Positions 19,331 to 28,587 of a stretch of DNA of 64,000 bases are shown here, piece by piece. Each line of letters opens with the position of its first letter. Position 1 is the first letter of the stretch. This DNA is from Verrucomicrobiales bacterium (lineage in GTDB: Bacteria; Verrucomicrobiota; Verrucomicrobiia; Verrucomicrobiales; V1-33): assembly GCA_043757865.1 (NCBI GenBank), contig JAYVOP010000169.1, positions 628-64,627 on the forward strand, read 5' to 3'. Below the pieces are notes generated by a model. That model was given only the letters and a program-made list of their open reading frames with translations. It searched no databases and was not told the DNA's origin. Made by a program: the position numbers and the translations under genes.

Positions 19331-20452
19331 CTAATCGTTCAGGAGCGAACGGTAAGTGCGCAGCATGTGCGCGGCTATGGTGGGCCAAGTGTAGCGTTCT
19401 TCAATGAGTTCCCGGCCCCGTTTTCCCATGTAGTCTAGCTCGTCCATAGGTAGCTCGATGGCTTGGCGCAGGGCGGTTTCCAAGCTGGCGGCCCCGGTGG
19501 GGATCCACCATCCGCAGTGGGCGGTTTCTAGCTCTTCCCAGGGAGTGGCATGGGTGGTGATGACGGGCGTGCCAGCAGCTAGGGATTCGGCAACTACGAG
19601 GCCGAAATTTTCACTATAACTGGGGAGGACAAAGAGGTCTGCGTCCGCATAGGCTTGCCATTTGGCTCCGCCTGCGAGGCCGGGATCAATCGTGATCTGG
19701 GAGGTGAGGCCTGCGGCACTGATGGCGGTCTGCACTTCTGCGCGATGGTTTTGCTCATCCGGTCCCACGATGCGGATGTGCCAGTCGGGATCGCGAATGC
19801 CCTTCCAGGCGGCTACTAAGTCGAGCAGGCCTTTCTTCGGATGGAGGCGGGAAAGAAAGAGGATGGTGCGACGCTGGCTGGGCTTGGAGCGGCGTTGCAG
19901 ACTTTCTGGGGGGAGCGTGATGCCGTTAGCTGCGATGGTGATGGCGGGCTCTAATCCTAACTTACGGAAATTTTCGGACTCGGCCACGGAGGTAGCGTGG
20001 AGGAGTTGCGCGGCCTGGAGGTCTTGCTTCTGATAGAGTTTCCAAGCCAGCTTTTTCTTCCAAGAACGATAGTTCAAGGCCCAGGGCTCTAACATGCCGC
20101 GGGGGCTGACGACGCGTGGCACTCCAGCGGCCTGGGCCGCCTGGGCCACTTTGTGATTCCACGGCAACCACACACCATGGTCATGGAGGATGACTTGGGA
20201 GTCGGCTTTTTTGACTTTAGCTAGCTCATTGGCCAACTCGGAGGGTGGCACCCTACGGGTGGAGAGCTTGGCGGGCGGGAGGATGGTTTCATCGTGAGTC
20301 CATAATTCCACAGCTACACCCTCTGCTTGTAGCGCTAGGCACAGTGCGGGCACGGAGTAGGAGGGTCCGCCGTCGGACGTGCGGATGGAATTGATGGTGT
20401 GGATGAGTTTCAGAAGCAGCGGGGGTGCAGGGGCGGGGAGCCTGTGAAGCAT
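19331..20452 (-). CDS. Glycosyltransferase family 4
   Basis: The start is trimmed to the ATG at 20452 to avoid overlap with asnB. The C-terminal motif VLPSYSENFGLVVAESLAAGTPVI is an EX7E-type GT4 motif. Confidence 0.8.
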   Translation of the reverse strand: MLHRLPAPAPPLLLKLIHTINSIRTSDGGPSYSVPALCLALQAEGVAVELWTHDETILPPAKLSTRRVPPSELANELAKVKKADSQVILHDHGVWLPWNHKVAQAAQAAGVPRVVSPRGMLEPWALNYRSWKKKLAWKLYQKQDLQAAQLLHATSVAESENFRKLGLEPAITIAANGITLPPESLQRRSKPSQRRTILFLSRLHPKKGLLDLVAAWKGIRDPDWHIRIVGPDEQNHRAEVQTAISAAGLTSQITIDPGLAGGAKWQAYADADLFVLPSYSENFGLVVAESLAAGTPVITTHATPWEELETAHCGWWIPTGAASLETALRQAIELPMDELDYMGKRGRELIEERYTWPTIAAHMLRTYRSLLND

Positions 20453-20468
20453 ACGGGGCGAGGGAGCG

Positions 20469-22304
20469 CTACGATTGATGGCTGTTATGAGGATGCGCAA
20501 GTGGCATCTCCCAGTCCACTCCGATGGACCGGCACCAGTGGGCGAAGACGAAGACCGTCCATTGCTGATACCATTGATGGGTGGCCACGGGCAGGCCAGT
20601 GGAGGCCGCCCGGAATTGATCTCCGAAGCCACTCGCCAGCCATTGTTCAAAGGGAAAACTGAAGCCCCGCTTGGGAGCACAGGCGATCTCCTGCGGGATC
20701 TCTGGCACCGCAGCTAGCAGTAGTTGCTTACCCTGGGCCAGCCGCAAATCTGGGGCGATGACTGCGAGGGCATCGAATAACGTCGCATCTACAAAGGGCA
20801 CGCGCAGTTCCAAGCCATGAGCCATGCTCATGACATCGCTGTCGCGCAGCAGTTGCTTGCGCATGTAGCGGGTGAGTTCCAGTGCGCTAACGGCATCTAG
20901 CGGGTGTGTTGGGAGGGCCTCTGAGGCAGGCGTGGCGGATCCTCTGCGACCGCAGAAATGTTGCGCTAACCGCAGGGCATCCTCTGCGCAGAAGACGCCG
21001 CGCGTGGCCATGTAGGCTCGTTCCAGCGTGGGCGGGCCTTGCAGGAACGTGCCTAGCCGTTGCAGTTTGGAGGACTTTCCGCAACGCGTCAGGAGTTTCC
21101 CGGCCCAACGCGTGAGCGGCCCGCCCAGCGCGGCCCATTTCCCTAACCGCCAAAGATGCGGCACCTGCGTAAAGGTGACATATCCCGCTAGCAACTCATC
21201 TCCACCCAGCCCCGAGAGCACGACCTTCATGCCTTCAGACTGTGCGAAACGGGAGACCATCCACGTGTTGAAGCCATCCACGGACGGCACGTCCATGGCT
21301 TGCAAATACGCTGGAAACGCCGCCGCTGCGGACGTGGCGTCCAGTTTGAATTCATGATGCTCCGTGCCGAAATGAGCAGCAGTGCGCGCGGCTGCGCTGG
21401 CTTCATCTAGCAGCGGATCGTCCACGGAAACGGAGAAAGTTTTCACAATGCCCGCAGGCTGGGCTTGCCGCATCAGTGCTAGCAAGGCCGTGGAATCCAC
21501 GCCACCACTCAAGAAGATGCCCACGGGCACATCACTCACGAGGTGCGCGCGGATGCTGTCCTCCAGGGCCGCCCGGGCGGTGCGCACGGCGGTGGGGAGA
21601 TCTGAGATGCTAGGCGCGGGGAACTCCACTTGCCAGTAGCGGCTGAGTTTCGTCTGGCCCTCATGCCATTCCAGCACATGGCCTGGCAAGAGCGAGGACA
21701 CGCCTTGCAGGAGCGTTTCCGGCCCGCCCATGGAGCCCGTGGCGAAGTAGTGTGCCACCGCCACGGGGTTCAACGTGGGGGTGATGAGTCCGCTGGCTAA
21801 CAACGCGCGCAGCTCGGAGGCAAAGCAAAATTGCCCCGCCGCTTCTGCATAGTAGAGCGGCTTGATGCCGAAAGGATCTCTCGCGAGCAGGGCCGTCTGT
21901 GTGGCCGAATCCCAATAGCAAAAGGCGAACATGCCGCGCAAGCGAGCCACGAAAGCGGCTCCATGGCGTTGGCAGCCGAGCAGCAGCACCTCCGTATCGG
22001 ACTCCGTGTGAAAGACGTCGCCCGTAGCGGTTAGCTCCGTGCGCAACTCGCGAAAGTTATAGATTTCCCCATTGAAAATGATCGTCGCACCACCCGCAGT
22101 TAGGGTCATAGGCTGATGGCCTGCGGGGCTTAGGTCTAGGATGGCTAGCCGCACGTGCGCCAGATAGGCTTGGCCCGTGGCATCGCTCCATTCGCCTGCA
22201 TCATCCGGGCCTCGATGCGGCATGGCTGCACGCATTCGCTGCCCTGCGGCCACCGCAGCCGGAGAGCTAGGAGAGTTGGAAATTAGACCAGCGATACCAC
22301 ACAT
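20469..22304 (-). CDS. asnB: Asparagine synthase (glutamine-hydrolysing) family amidotransferase
   Basis: The MCGIAG N-terminal nucleophile is present. The SGGVDS PP-loop appears as FLSGGVDSTALLAL. The protein is 611 aa. Confidence 0.9.
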   Translation of the reverse strand: MCGIAGLISNSPSSPAAVAAGQRMRAAMPHRGPDDAGEWSDATGQAYLAHVRLAILDLSPAGHQPMTLTAGGATIIFNGEIYNFRELRTELTATGDVFHTESDTEVLLLGCQRHGAAFVARLRGMFAFCYWDSATQTALLARDPFGIKPLYYAEAAGQFCFASELRALLASGLITPTLNPVAVAHYFATGSMGGPETLLQGVSSLLPGHVLEWHEGQTKLSRYWQVEFPAPSISDLPTAVRTARAALEDSIRAHLVSDVPVGIFLSGGVDSTALLALMRQAQPAGIVKTFSVSVDDPLLDEASAAARTAAHFGTEHHEFKLDATSAAAAFPAYLQAMDVPSVDGFNTWMVSRFAQSEGMKVVLSGLGGDELLAGYVTFTQVPHLWRLGKWAALGGPLTRWAGKLLTRCGKSSKLQRLGTFLQGPPTLERAYMATRGVFCAEDALRLAQHFCGRRGSATPASEALPTHPLDAVSALELTRYMRKQLLRDSDVMSMAHGLELRVPFVDATLFDALAVIAPDLRLAQGKQLLLAAVPEIPQEIACAPKRGFSFPFEQWLASGFGDQFRAASTGLPVATHQWYQQWTVFVFAHWCRSIGVDWEMPLAHPHNSHQS

Positions 22305-22333
22305 AAGAAAAGAATTAAGTTAGTAGAATCCTA

Positions 22334-23464
22334 CTAACGTGCGGGGAGAAGATTAGAAATGACACGCTTTGTCACATGACAAAAATGTGGGAATCCATAG
22401 TGTTCTAGCACTTGAGCACGCAGGCCCGCAGGATCAGAAAGGATGGGCAGCGGATACTGTCGCGTGAGCACGTCATGCAGCGCTTCAGTTAAAGCAGAAA
22501 GATTCAGGGGATCGATCAAGACGCCCAGGCGCCCATCCCGCAAGGGATCCACAGAGCCATCTTGGTTCCCGGCAATGACGGGTTTCCCGCAGGCCAGCGC
22601 TTCTAAAAAGACGATGCCGAAGCCCTCCTTGCGGCTCGGCATGGCAAAGACATCACAGAGGTTATAGCAATCGTTCAACTCCGTCTCGGGGATGAAGCCC
22701 GCGAGGGTCACACATGTTTCCAGTCCTAATGCTTGGACGAGAGCGGCCATGCGCGCGGCATCATCGCCCTGGCCACCCAGGATATAATGCACGTTAGGAA
22801 GCCGCAGGCGCAGGGCTGGCAGCGCGCGGAGGATTTGCTCGTAGCCTTTATAGCCTTCGTTAGCCACGAGACGGGAAACCGTGAGGATGATGGGCTGCGC
22901 TAAATCTAGTTGGTATCGTTTTAACAAATAAGCGGGCTTTGGTCCCAGTTGGAAGGCGGCGGCAGAAACGGTGTTGGGGAGCAACTGCACTTGCGCAGCA
23001 GGCAAGGCCAATTCTCGCACCAGACAATCCCGCGTGAAGCGGCTGACGGCTAGCACGCCAGCAGCCTCCCGTAAGGCCCGGATCACCCGTGGGTTCGTCA
23101 ATCCCCACGCTTCCACGCCATGCGCCACGGCGGCAAACGGAATGCCCCACCAGCGCTGGCAAAGGCGGGCCAGTGGGGTGAAGTGAATGTGGGTGGAGAG
23201 GATCAACACGGGCCGCTCCGCCCAGGCGGCCCAGAGTAATAGGACGGTGAAATGGAGCAAGCGCAGAGGCTGCGGCCAATGTCCTGAGCCCCGCAAGCGA
23301 CGGCCCGGCTCGCTGCCATCATGCTTGGCCAACACGCGCCATTCAATGTCCGGGAACTCCTGCGTTAGGGCCACGATCAGACTGCGGCTGAACTGCTGAA
23401 TGCCGCCTACACTGGCGGCATAGCTAGGCACCCAAACATGAGCGATGGGACGGACGGCGTTCAC
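22334..23464 (-). CDS. Glycosyltransferase family 4
   Basis: The motif AMPSRKEGFGIVFLEALACGKPVI is present. The track start at 23539 is TTG and overlaps the upstream gene by 79 nt. The GTG at 23464 forms a GTGA start/stop overlap, and I prefer it. Confidence 0.75.
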   Translation of the reverse strand: MNAVRPIAHVWVPSYAASVGGIQQFSRSLIVALTQEFPDIEWRVLAKHDGSEPGRRLRGSGHWPQPLRLLHFTVLLLWAAWAERPVLILSTHIHFTPLARLCQRWWGIPFAAVAHGVEAWGLTNPRVIRALREAAGVLAVSRFTRDCLVRELALPAAQVQLLPNTVSAAAFQLGPKPAYLLKRYQLDLAQPIILTVSRLVANEGYKGYEQILRALPALRLRLPNVHYILGGQGDDAARMAALVQALGLETCVTLAGFIPETELNDCYNLCDVFAMPSRKEGFGIVFLEALACGKPVIAGNQDGSVDPLRDGRLGVLIDPLNLSALTEALHDVLTRQYPLPILSDPAGLRAQVLEHYGFPHFCHVTKRVISNLLPAR

Positions 23465-24531
23465 GGCAGGCGGGCTAAGGTAGCGATCATTTCCACACAG
23501 GCTGTGAAGACCTCCGCTGGCGTCACTTGGCGCAGGCAAAGCACCTCATGCGGGCACGTCACAGCGCGGCACCCCGCGCATTCCGTATGGGAGCGGAAGA
23601 CCCGATGCGCGGCCTTGGCCACGGGCAACGGATGCCAGCGCCCAGGCCAATCTTGGGCAGAGAAAATGGCGATGCACGGCGTGCCTACGGCAGCGGCTAG
23701 GTGCATGGCTCCAGTGTCATTACCCAAGTAAAATTGCGCGGATGCGAACAAGGCCGCCGACTCCCGCACCCGCAGCGCCCCTGCTGCGGAATGCCCGCAT
23801 CCCCAGTGCGCGATGAGTTCTGCCGCAGCTGTTTGATCTTCTTTCCCGCCCACCACGACAGGCACCAGCCCATGCTCGGTAATGAGCCGCTGCCCCACCT
23901 CCCGGTAATACTCCAGCGGCCATAACTTAGAGGGCCATTTAGCGCCCGGGCAGATCGCAAACCAGCGCACGGTTTCTAACGCGTGTTGAGCTAGCCACGT
24001 TTGAGCGGCGGTTATTTCCTCCGTCGTGAGAGCCAATGAAAGGGCATGCTGCGGGGCGGCAATGTGATCGTGCTGGAGGCGGGCGAGGAGCGCATCCGTT
24101 TCTGAGGGCACGGGCTGCAAATGCCCTTCCAATGTGCGTGGAAAGGCTTTTGTGGGGAAACCGTGCAGGCCCAGGAGGTTGGTAAAACCAGATAATTTAA
24201 AGACTAAAAAATCCCGCAGACGTTGCCTCCGGGAACGGGTAGAGGGCACGAGATAGATCAACGCGCGCACGTCCTCCCGGGCGAGTTTCCGCAGCGTTTT
24301 AAAAGCGGCTAGGCCCCCGTGCCACGAGCGCAGCGTGGGATAGGTGCGGAATTCGTCCACGAGGCCCGTGCCCTCCAGCACGGTGGACGGCGGCAGGTGG
24401 GATTCCGCCGGCGTCTCGCTCAGTAAGATCACGCGGTGCCCGGGGTAGTGCTCGCGCACAGCGGCTAGCGCAGGTATGGCAACAATGGTATCGCCTAACT
24501 GGCCGAAACGGTAGATAACAATGGTGTCCAT
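23461..24531 (-). CDS. Glycosyltransferase family 9 (heptosyltransferase-like)
   Basis: The N-terminus MDTIVIYRFGQLGDTIVAIPALAAVREHYPGHRVILLS and the downstream GNDTGAMHLAAAVGTP are GT9 hallmarks. The start is the ATG at 24531. Confidence 0.8.
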   Translation of the reverse strand: MDTIVIYRFGQLGDTIVAIPALAAVREHYPGHRVILLSETPAESHLPPSTVLEGTGLVDEFRTYPTLRSWHGGLAAFKTLRKLAREDVRALIYLVPSTRSRRQRLRDFLVFKLSGFTNLLGLHGFPTKAFPRTLEGHLQPVPSETDALLARLQHDHIAAPQHALSLALTTEEITAAQTWLAQHALETVRWFAICPGAKWPSKLWPLEYYREVGQRLITEHGLVPVVVGGKEDQTAAAELIAHWGCGHSAAGALRVRESAALFASAQFYLGNDTGAMHLAAAVGTPCIAIFSAQDWPGRWHPLPVAKAAHRVFRSHTECAGCRAVTCPHEVLCLRQVTPAEVFTACVEMIATLARLP

Positions 24532-24538
24532 GCCCGCG

Positions 24539-26050
24539 TTAGATGTGTTTAGCCGCAGGCGCATCCGCCCCACGCAAGCAGTTGCCACTGCGCGTCTCCG
24601 CCTTGATTAACCAAGCCCACAGCCCACGGCCAAAAAATTTAGCAGCAATCGCGAGGCCGAGAAAACCGACGATCATGCCGCCGAACATTTTAATGTTGGA
24701 GGTCTCGATCAGCATGGCATTTTGCAGCACCAGCGCAGTGCCCATGGCCATGCCCAGCAGCGCCCGGGGGGCATGTTTACGCAGCCAGTGGTAACACAAG
24801 CCCACGAAAGCCCCCCAGCTGAGAATGGGCAGGAACATGCCCCAGGGCCCAAAGTCGATGTAGCTCTCTCCCACAAAACCGATGCCGATGGACGTGCCCT
24901 CGTCCGCCCCGGTCACGGAAATGCCGCAGTAGGCATTCGTGCGCGCAGAGTCATCTAACGCCGCCTTGTTAGGGAAAAAGATCCGTGGCATCAAAGTGTG
25001 TTGCACCGCCTCGCCCCACAACTGTCCTCCTGTGAAGGGCACCACTGCGGGCACGTTCTTGATCGCATAGCCAAAGTAATCCACATAGCTCATACGCTTC
25101 AAGCCTTCTTGCCAGCCTTGTTCCAGGTGCTCCATGCTCACCAAGCGGACCGCTTCTCCCATCCATTTCACACGGTCGGAAAGGCTGACGGTAATAATCT
25201 GCGCGCGTTCCCCATCGCTCATATAGTTGCGATAGTAGCCTTTCACCACCTGCCAGAAACCGAAGAACAAGAGCATGATGATACCCATCAAGATCAGTAC
25301 AAAGACCCGCAGCGGAGTCAATCGCACCGTGCCCGTGCCGGCAATAATAAGTGCAAAGAACACCGTCTTAAACGTACTGAAAAAGCCCGTCAGTCCGATC
25401 AAACTTTCTAACACCAACAACCCTAGCGCCATCGCCATGCCCTTACCCGTGGCCGTCCAGCGGTAAAAGATCAGCAGCACCACCGCCCATTTCATCATTT
25501 CCACCGCCGAAAATGCCTGCGTGATCGGTGCATACATGCGTCCGCCGATCAGCACCACTGCCGTCGCCAGCGTGCAAACAAACCACGCTACTAGCAGCCT
25601 ATTCCCATTTAGATGGATCAGCCCGCGCGCCATTTCCGTGAGGTTCCGCGCATCTGATTTCCGGCTAATGAGCCATGTCCCCAGGGCCAGCACGGCCACG
25701 CTCGCGAGACTGAGCCAGATCGCTTGCTCAAACTCTGGCACCCCCATCATATCCGCATACGGCACGCCCTCGATGAGGCTTTGCAGTACTGGCCCGAACG
25801 CTTGCAGCCACTGGAACATGATGATGAAAAACAGCGTCTGCGGCTGCCCAGGACGCCACAGCAGCTTGGCGCAGAACCAGAGGACCAACACTCCTGGTAG
25901 GCCGATGTCTCGGTCTGGGCTGAACGCTGCGCACACCACAAAAAAGGCAAGCATGATCCACATGCCAATGGGCAAGCCCGGCTTCGCCTCTGGTTGACGT
26001 TTGGCAAGAGGCCGCCGCAGCGGGATGGTAGGATAAGTGGTGGTGGTCAT
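24539..26050 (-). CDS. Polytopic membrane protein, possible Wzy-like polysaccharide polymerase
   Basis: The protein is 503 aa with at least 10 hydrophobic segments and one larger loop. The context is a polysaccharide locus. I recognised no diagnostic motif. The start overlaps the downstream gene as ATGA (26047-26050). Confidence 0.4.
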   Translation of the reverse strand: MTTTTYPTIPLRRPLAKRQPEAKPGLPIGMWIMLAFFVVCAAFSPDRDIGLPGVLVLWFCAKLLWRPGQPQTLFFIIMFQWLQAFGPVLQSLIEGVPYADMMGVPEFEQAIWLSLASVAVLALGTWLISRKSDARNLTEMARGLIHLNGNRLLVAWFVCTLATAVVLIGGRMYAPITQAFSAVEMMKWAVVLLIFYRWTATGKGMAMALGLLVLESLIGLTGFFSTFKTVFFALIIAGTGTVRLTPLRVFVLILMGIIMLLFFGFWQVVKGYYRNYMSDGERAQIITVSLSDRVKWMGEAVRLVSMEHLEQGWQEGLKRMSYVDYFGYAIKNVPAVVPFTGGQLWGEAVQHTLMPRIFFPNKAALDDSARTNAYCGISVTGADEGTSIGIGFVGESYIDFGPWGMFLPILSWGAFVGLCYHWLRKHAPRALLGMAMGTALVLQNAMLIETSNIKMFGGMIVGFLGLAIAAKFFGRGLWAWLIKAETRSGNCLRGADAPAAKHI

Positions 26051-27213
26051 GACACGAGGAAGTGAAGTGCGCGCAGCGTTCCCTGCGTGCAGGTAGTAAC
26101 AGAGTAATGCGAAAGTTTAGCCGCTAAGGCGGGCCGCCAATCATGGCCCGCTTGGTATGCAGCGGCAAATTGCCGCAGACACTCCGTCAGCGCGGAAACA
26201 TCCCCCAACGGAAAACTATAACCCGTGCGCCCAGACTCGATCAAGTCCGGCTCACAGCCACACGCCTGTGAAACAATCGCTGGCGTGCCGCAGGCCATCG
26301 CTTCATTGACCACGAGACCCCATGTTTCACTAATTGAAGTGATTCCGAGCACATCCGCTGCAGAATAGTAAGCGGGCAGCTCACTCTGATTTTTGAAGCC
26401 CGCAAAAGTCACGTTTATGCCTAACGCAGACGCTTGTGCGCGACACTGCATTTCTAATGGACCGGATCCTACTAGGATTAGGCGATACAAATTAGCGTGA
26501 CTGCACTCGACCGCAGCAATGCCGTCTAGCAAGGTAGGCAAGCCCTTCTCTGGGATAAATTTCCCCACAAAGAGCAATGCAATTTGATCTGGCCCTACAT
26601 CCCAACCTGCCCGCAGCGCTACTCGTTCTGGTGCGGCTTGCACAGCGCGCTGGGCAAAGTCTGCATTGTCAATAAAATGAGGCGCGTGGAAAATTTTGTT
26701 ACACGACACCCCGTAATGTTGGAGATACTCTCGGTTGCGCTGACCTACCGTTAAAAAGCCATCAAAGCTCTTGAGCATAAGCCGATAAGCGAACTCTTTA
26801 GCCAGCGCCTTGAGCTTAGAGCGCGGTGTGGCCAGTTGCGAGTCCCCGCGCACTAACACCGGGATGCCCAGCTTCCGAGCCGCCCGGATCGCTTGCCAGT
26901 AACATTTCAAATACCACCCCGTCACGATCAAGGCCGCATAGCCGCCCTCGGCCAAACGCTGGGCAATCTCGGGCGTATCACATCCGCCATAATGATCCGA
27001 ACTGGGCGGCTCCGCTACGTTCACCAAGAACTGATGCGGATAGCCAGAAAGCAGATCCACATCCCAAGCAAACGCGGTACCGAATCCCGCACCCTGCTGC
27101 TGGGCATTCGGCTGGTAGGCAAAGTAAATCATCAACTCACACTCCTGCGCCAACGCTCGGAACCAGGGCGCTTGATACTGAATTGGATGACTTGTTAGAA
27201 TGGCGATTTTCAT
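26047..27213 (-). CDS. Glycosyltransferase family 4
   Basis: The N-terminus is MKIAILTSHPIQYQAPWFRAL. The motif ITSISETWGLVVNEAMACGTPAIV (GT4) is present. Confidence 0.75.
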   Translation of the reverse strand: MKIAILTSHPIQYQAPWFRALAQECELMIYFAYQPNAQQQGAGFGTAFAWDVDLLSGYPHQFLVNVAEPPSSDHYGGCDTPEIAQRLAEGGYAALIVTGWYLKCYWQAIRAARKLGIPVLVRGDSQLATPRSKLKALAKEFAYRLMLKSFDGFLTVGQRNREYLQHYGVSCNKIFHAPHFIDNADFAQRAVQAAPERVALRAGWDVGPDQIALLFVGKFIPEKGLPTLLDGIAAVECSHANLYRLILVGSGPLEMQCRAQASALGINVTFAGFKNQSELPAYYSAADVLGITSISETWGLVVNEAMACGTPAIVSQACGCEPDLIESGRTGYSFPLGDVSALTECLRQFAAAYQAGHDWRPALAAKLSHYSVTTCTQGTLRALHFLVS

Positions 27214-27225
27214 CGACTAAAAATG

Positions 27226-27357
27226 GGCTTTTAAATTGCGAATGAACGGCTTGCAAATTGCGAATGAACGGTCTGCGAATTGCGAATTACAGGCTTACAA
27301 ATTGCGAATAAACGGCTTGTAAATCGCGAATGAATGGCTTGCACATTGCGAATTTTG
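27226..27357. repeat. Six head-to-tail copies of a 22-bp direct repeat (consensus GGCTTGCAAATTGCGAATGAAC)
   Basis: The units are 27226-27247, 27248-27269, 27270-27291, 27292-27313, 27314-27335 and 27336-27357. There are no spacers between them. The core ATTGCGAAT is kept in 5 of 6 units. The array fills the divergent intergenic region between the GT4 gene start (27213) and the ATPase gene start (27373). Confidence 0.95.
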
Positions 27358-27372
27358 AGCATAAAATTTGCC

Positions 27373-28587
27373 ATGATTGAACGGGAAGCTAGTCAGTTGA
27401 TGAGTGAATTACTCCAGCAGTTTCCTGCTGTGGGGTTAGTGGGATCGCGCCAATGTGGGAAGACCACGTTGGCCAAGTCCTTTGGGAAATACTATTTCGA
27501 CATCGAAAGCGTAGCTGAACGAGGCCGCTTGGACGTTCAGTGGGATCACATTATGGCCGAGGATGAAATCGCAGTGTTTGATGAAGCCCAATGCTGGCCT
27601 GAACTTTTTGCGCGGTTGCGCGGGGCGATTGATGCCCGTCGCAAAGTGAAGGGGCGCTTTATTCTTCTGGGCTCTATTTCTCCTGAACTGATGAAACAAG
27701 TAGGACAGTCACTGGCTGGCCGCATGGGCCTCATGGAACTCACTCCGTTCCATGTGTCTGAGTTACCTGTGACTTCGGATGCTTTGCTGTGGCGTTACGG
27801 TGGCTACCCAGAAGGCGGCGTCTTAGAGGAGGGCGGTGGCTATCCCCGGTGGCAGAGTAGCTATTTGAAATTGATGTCTAAAAGGGATCTTCCTCAGTGG
27901 GGCTTGCCTGCTAAGCCAGAGCTTACGGAGCGGCTGTTCCGCCTGCTGGCGGGGATGCATGGCCAAGCTCAAAATGCTTCTGAGTTAGGGGCCGTGCTAG
28001 GCCTAACGCATACCACGATTCAAACTTACCTGGACTACCTAGAAGGCGCATTTCTAATTCGTCGGCTCCCGGCGTATCATGCCAAAGTAGCTAAGCGCAT
28101 AGTGCGCACACCCAAGGTTTATTGGAGGGACACCGGTTTGCTGCATCAACTGCTAGGCCTCACGGCTCAGGGGGAGCTATTGAATGCCCCGTGGGTTGGA
28201 GCCAGTTGGGAAAGCTGGGTCATTGAACAAATTCTGGCCCATCGCGCTGCCCAAGGGATCGACACCGCCGCTAGCTACTTCCGCACCAACGACGGTTGGG
28301 AATGTGACTTAGTGCTCGAAAGCGAAGGGAAACGCGAACTCATCGAGATCAGACTAACCACCGCTCCGGCCACTGAGGACTTGGCTAAACTGCGTAAAAT
28401 CCAAGCCCTTATAGGCGCAGATCGTTTGGTATTGCTAACGCGTTGTAGAGATCAACTAACAGAAGGCCATACTTGGATGACGGACTTGCGCGGCTACTTG
28501 GCGGCTAGTTCACCAGGAGCCGTGCCCGCTGTCAGCAGCCCTCGGAAAAAGTCAGCAAAGCACAGAGCCGAGGCGGCGGCGGTGTAG
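27373..28587 (+). CDS. AAA-family ATPase with a DUF4143-like C-terminal domain
   Basis: The Walker A motif is GLVGSRQCGKTTLAK. The Walker B-like motif is IAVFDEAQ. The C-terminal region follows the DUF4143 pattern (YHAKVAKRIVRTPKVYWRDTGLL). The start is the ATG at 27373. The 3' end overlaps the convergent GT gene by 94 nt. Confidence 0.8.
   Translation: MIEREASQLMSELLQQFPAVGLVGSRQCGKTTLAKSFGKYYFDIESVAERGRLDVQWDHIMAEDEIAVFDEAQCWPELFARLRGAIDARRKVKGRFILLGSISPELMKQVGQSLAGRMGLMELTPFHVSELPVTSDALLWRYGGYPEGGVLEEGGGYPRWQSSYLKLMSKRDLPQWGLPAKPELTERLFRLLAGMHGQAQNASELGAVLGLTHTTIQTYLDYLEGAFLIRRLPAYHAKVAKRIVRTPKVYWRDTGLLHQLLGLTAQGELLNAPWVGASWESWVIEQILAHRAAQGIDTAASYFRTNDGWECDLVLESEGKRELIEIRLTTAPATEDLAKLRKIQALIGADRLVLLTRCRDQLTEGHTWMTDLRGYLAASSPGAVPAVSSPRKKSAKHRAEAAAV

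Noticed and set aside
27226-27357. CRISPR array
   Set aside because: The 22-bp repeats are directly abutting with no spacers. They are shorter than typical CRISPR repeats, and no cas genes are present.
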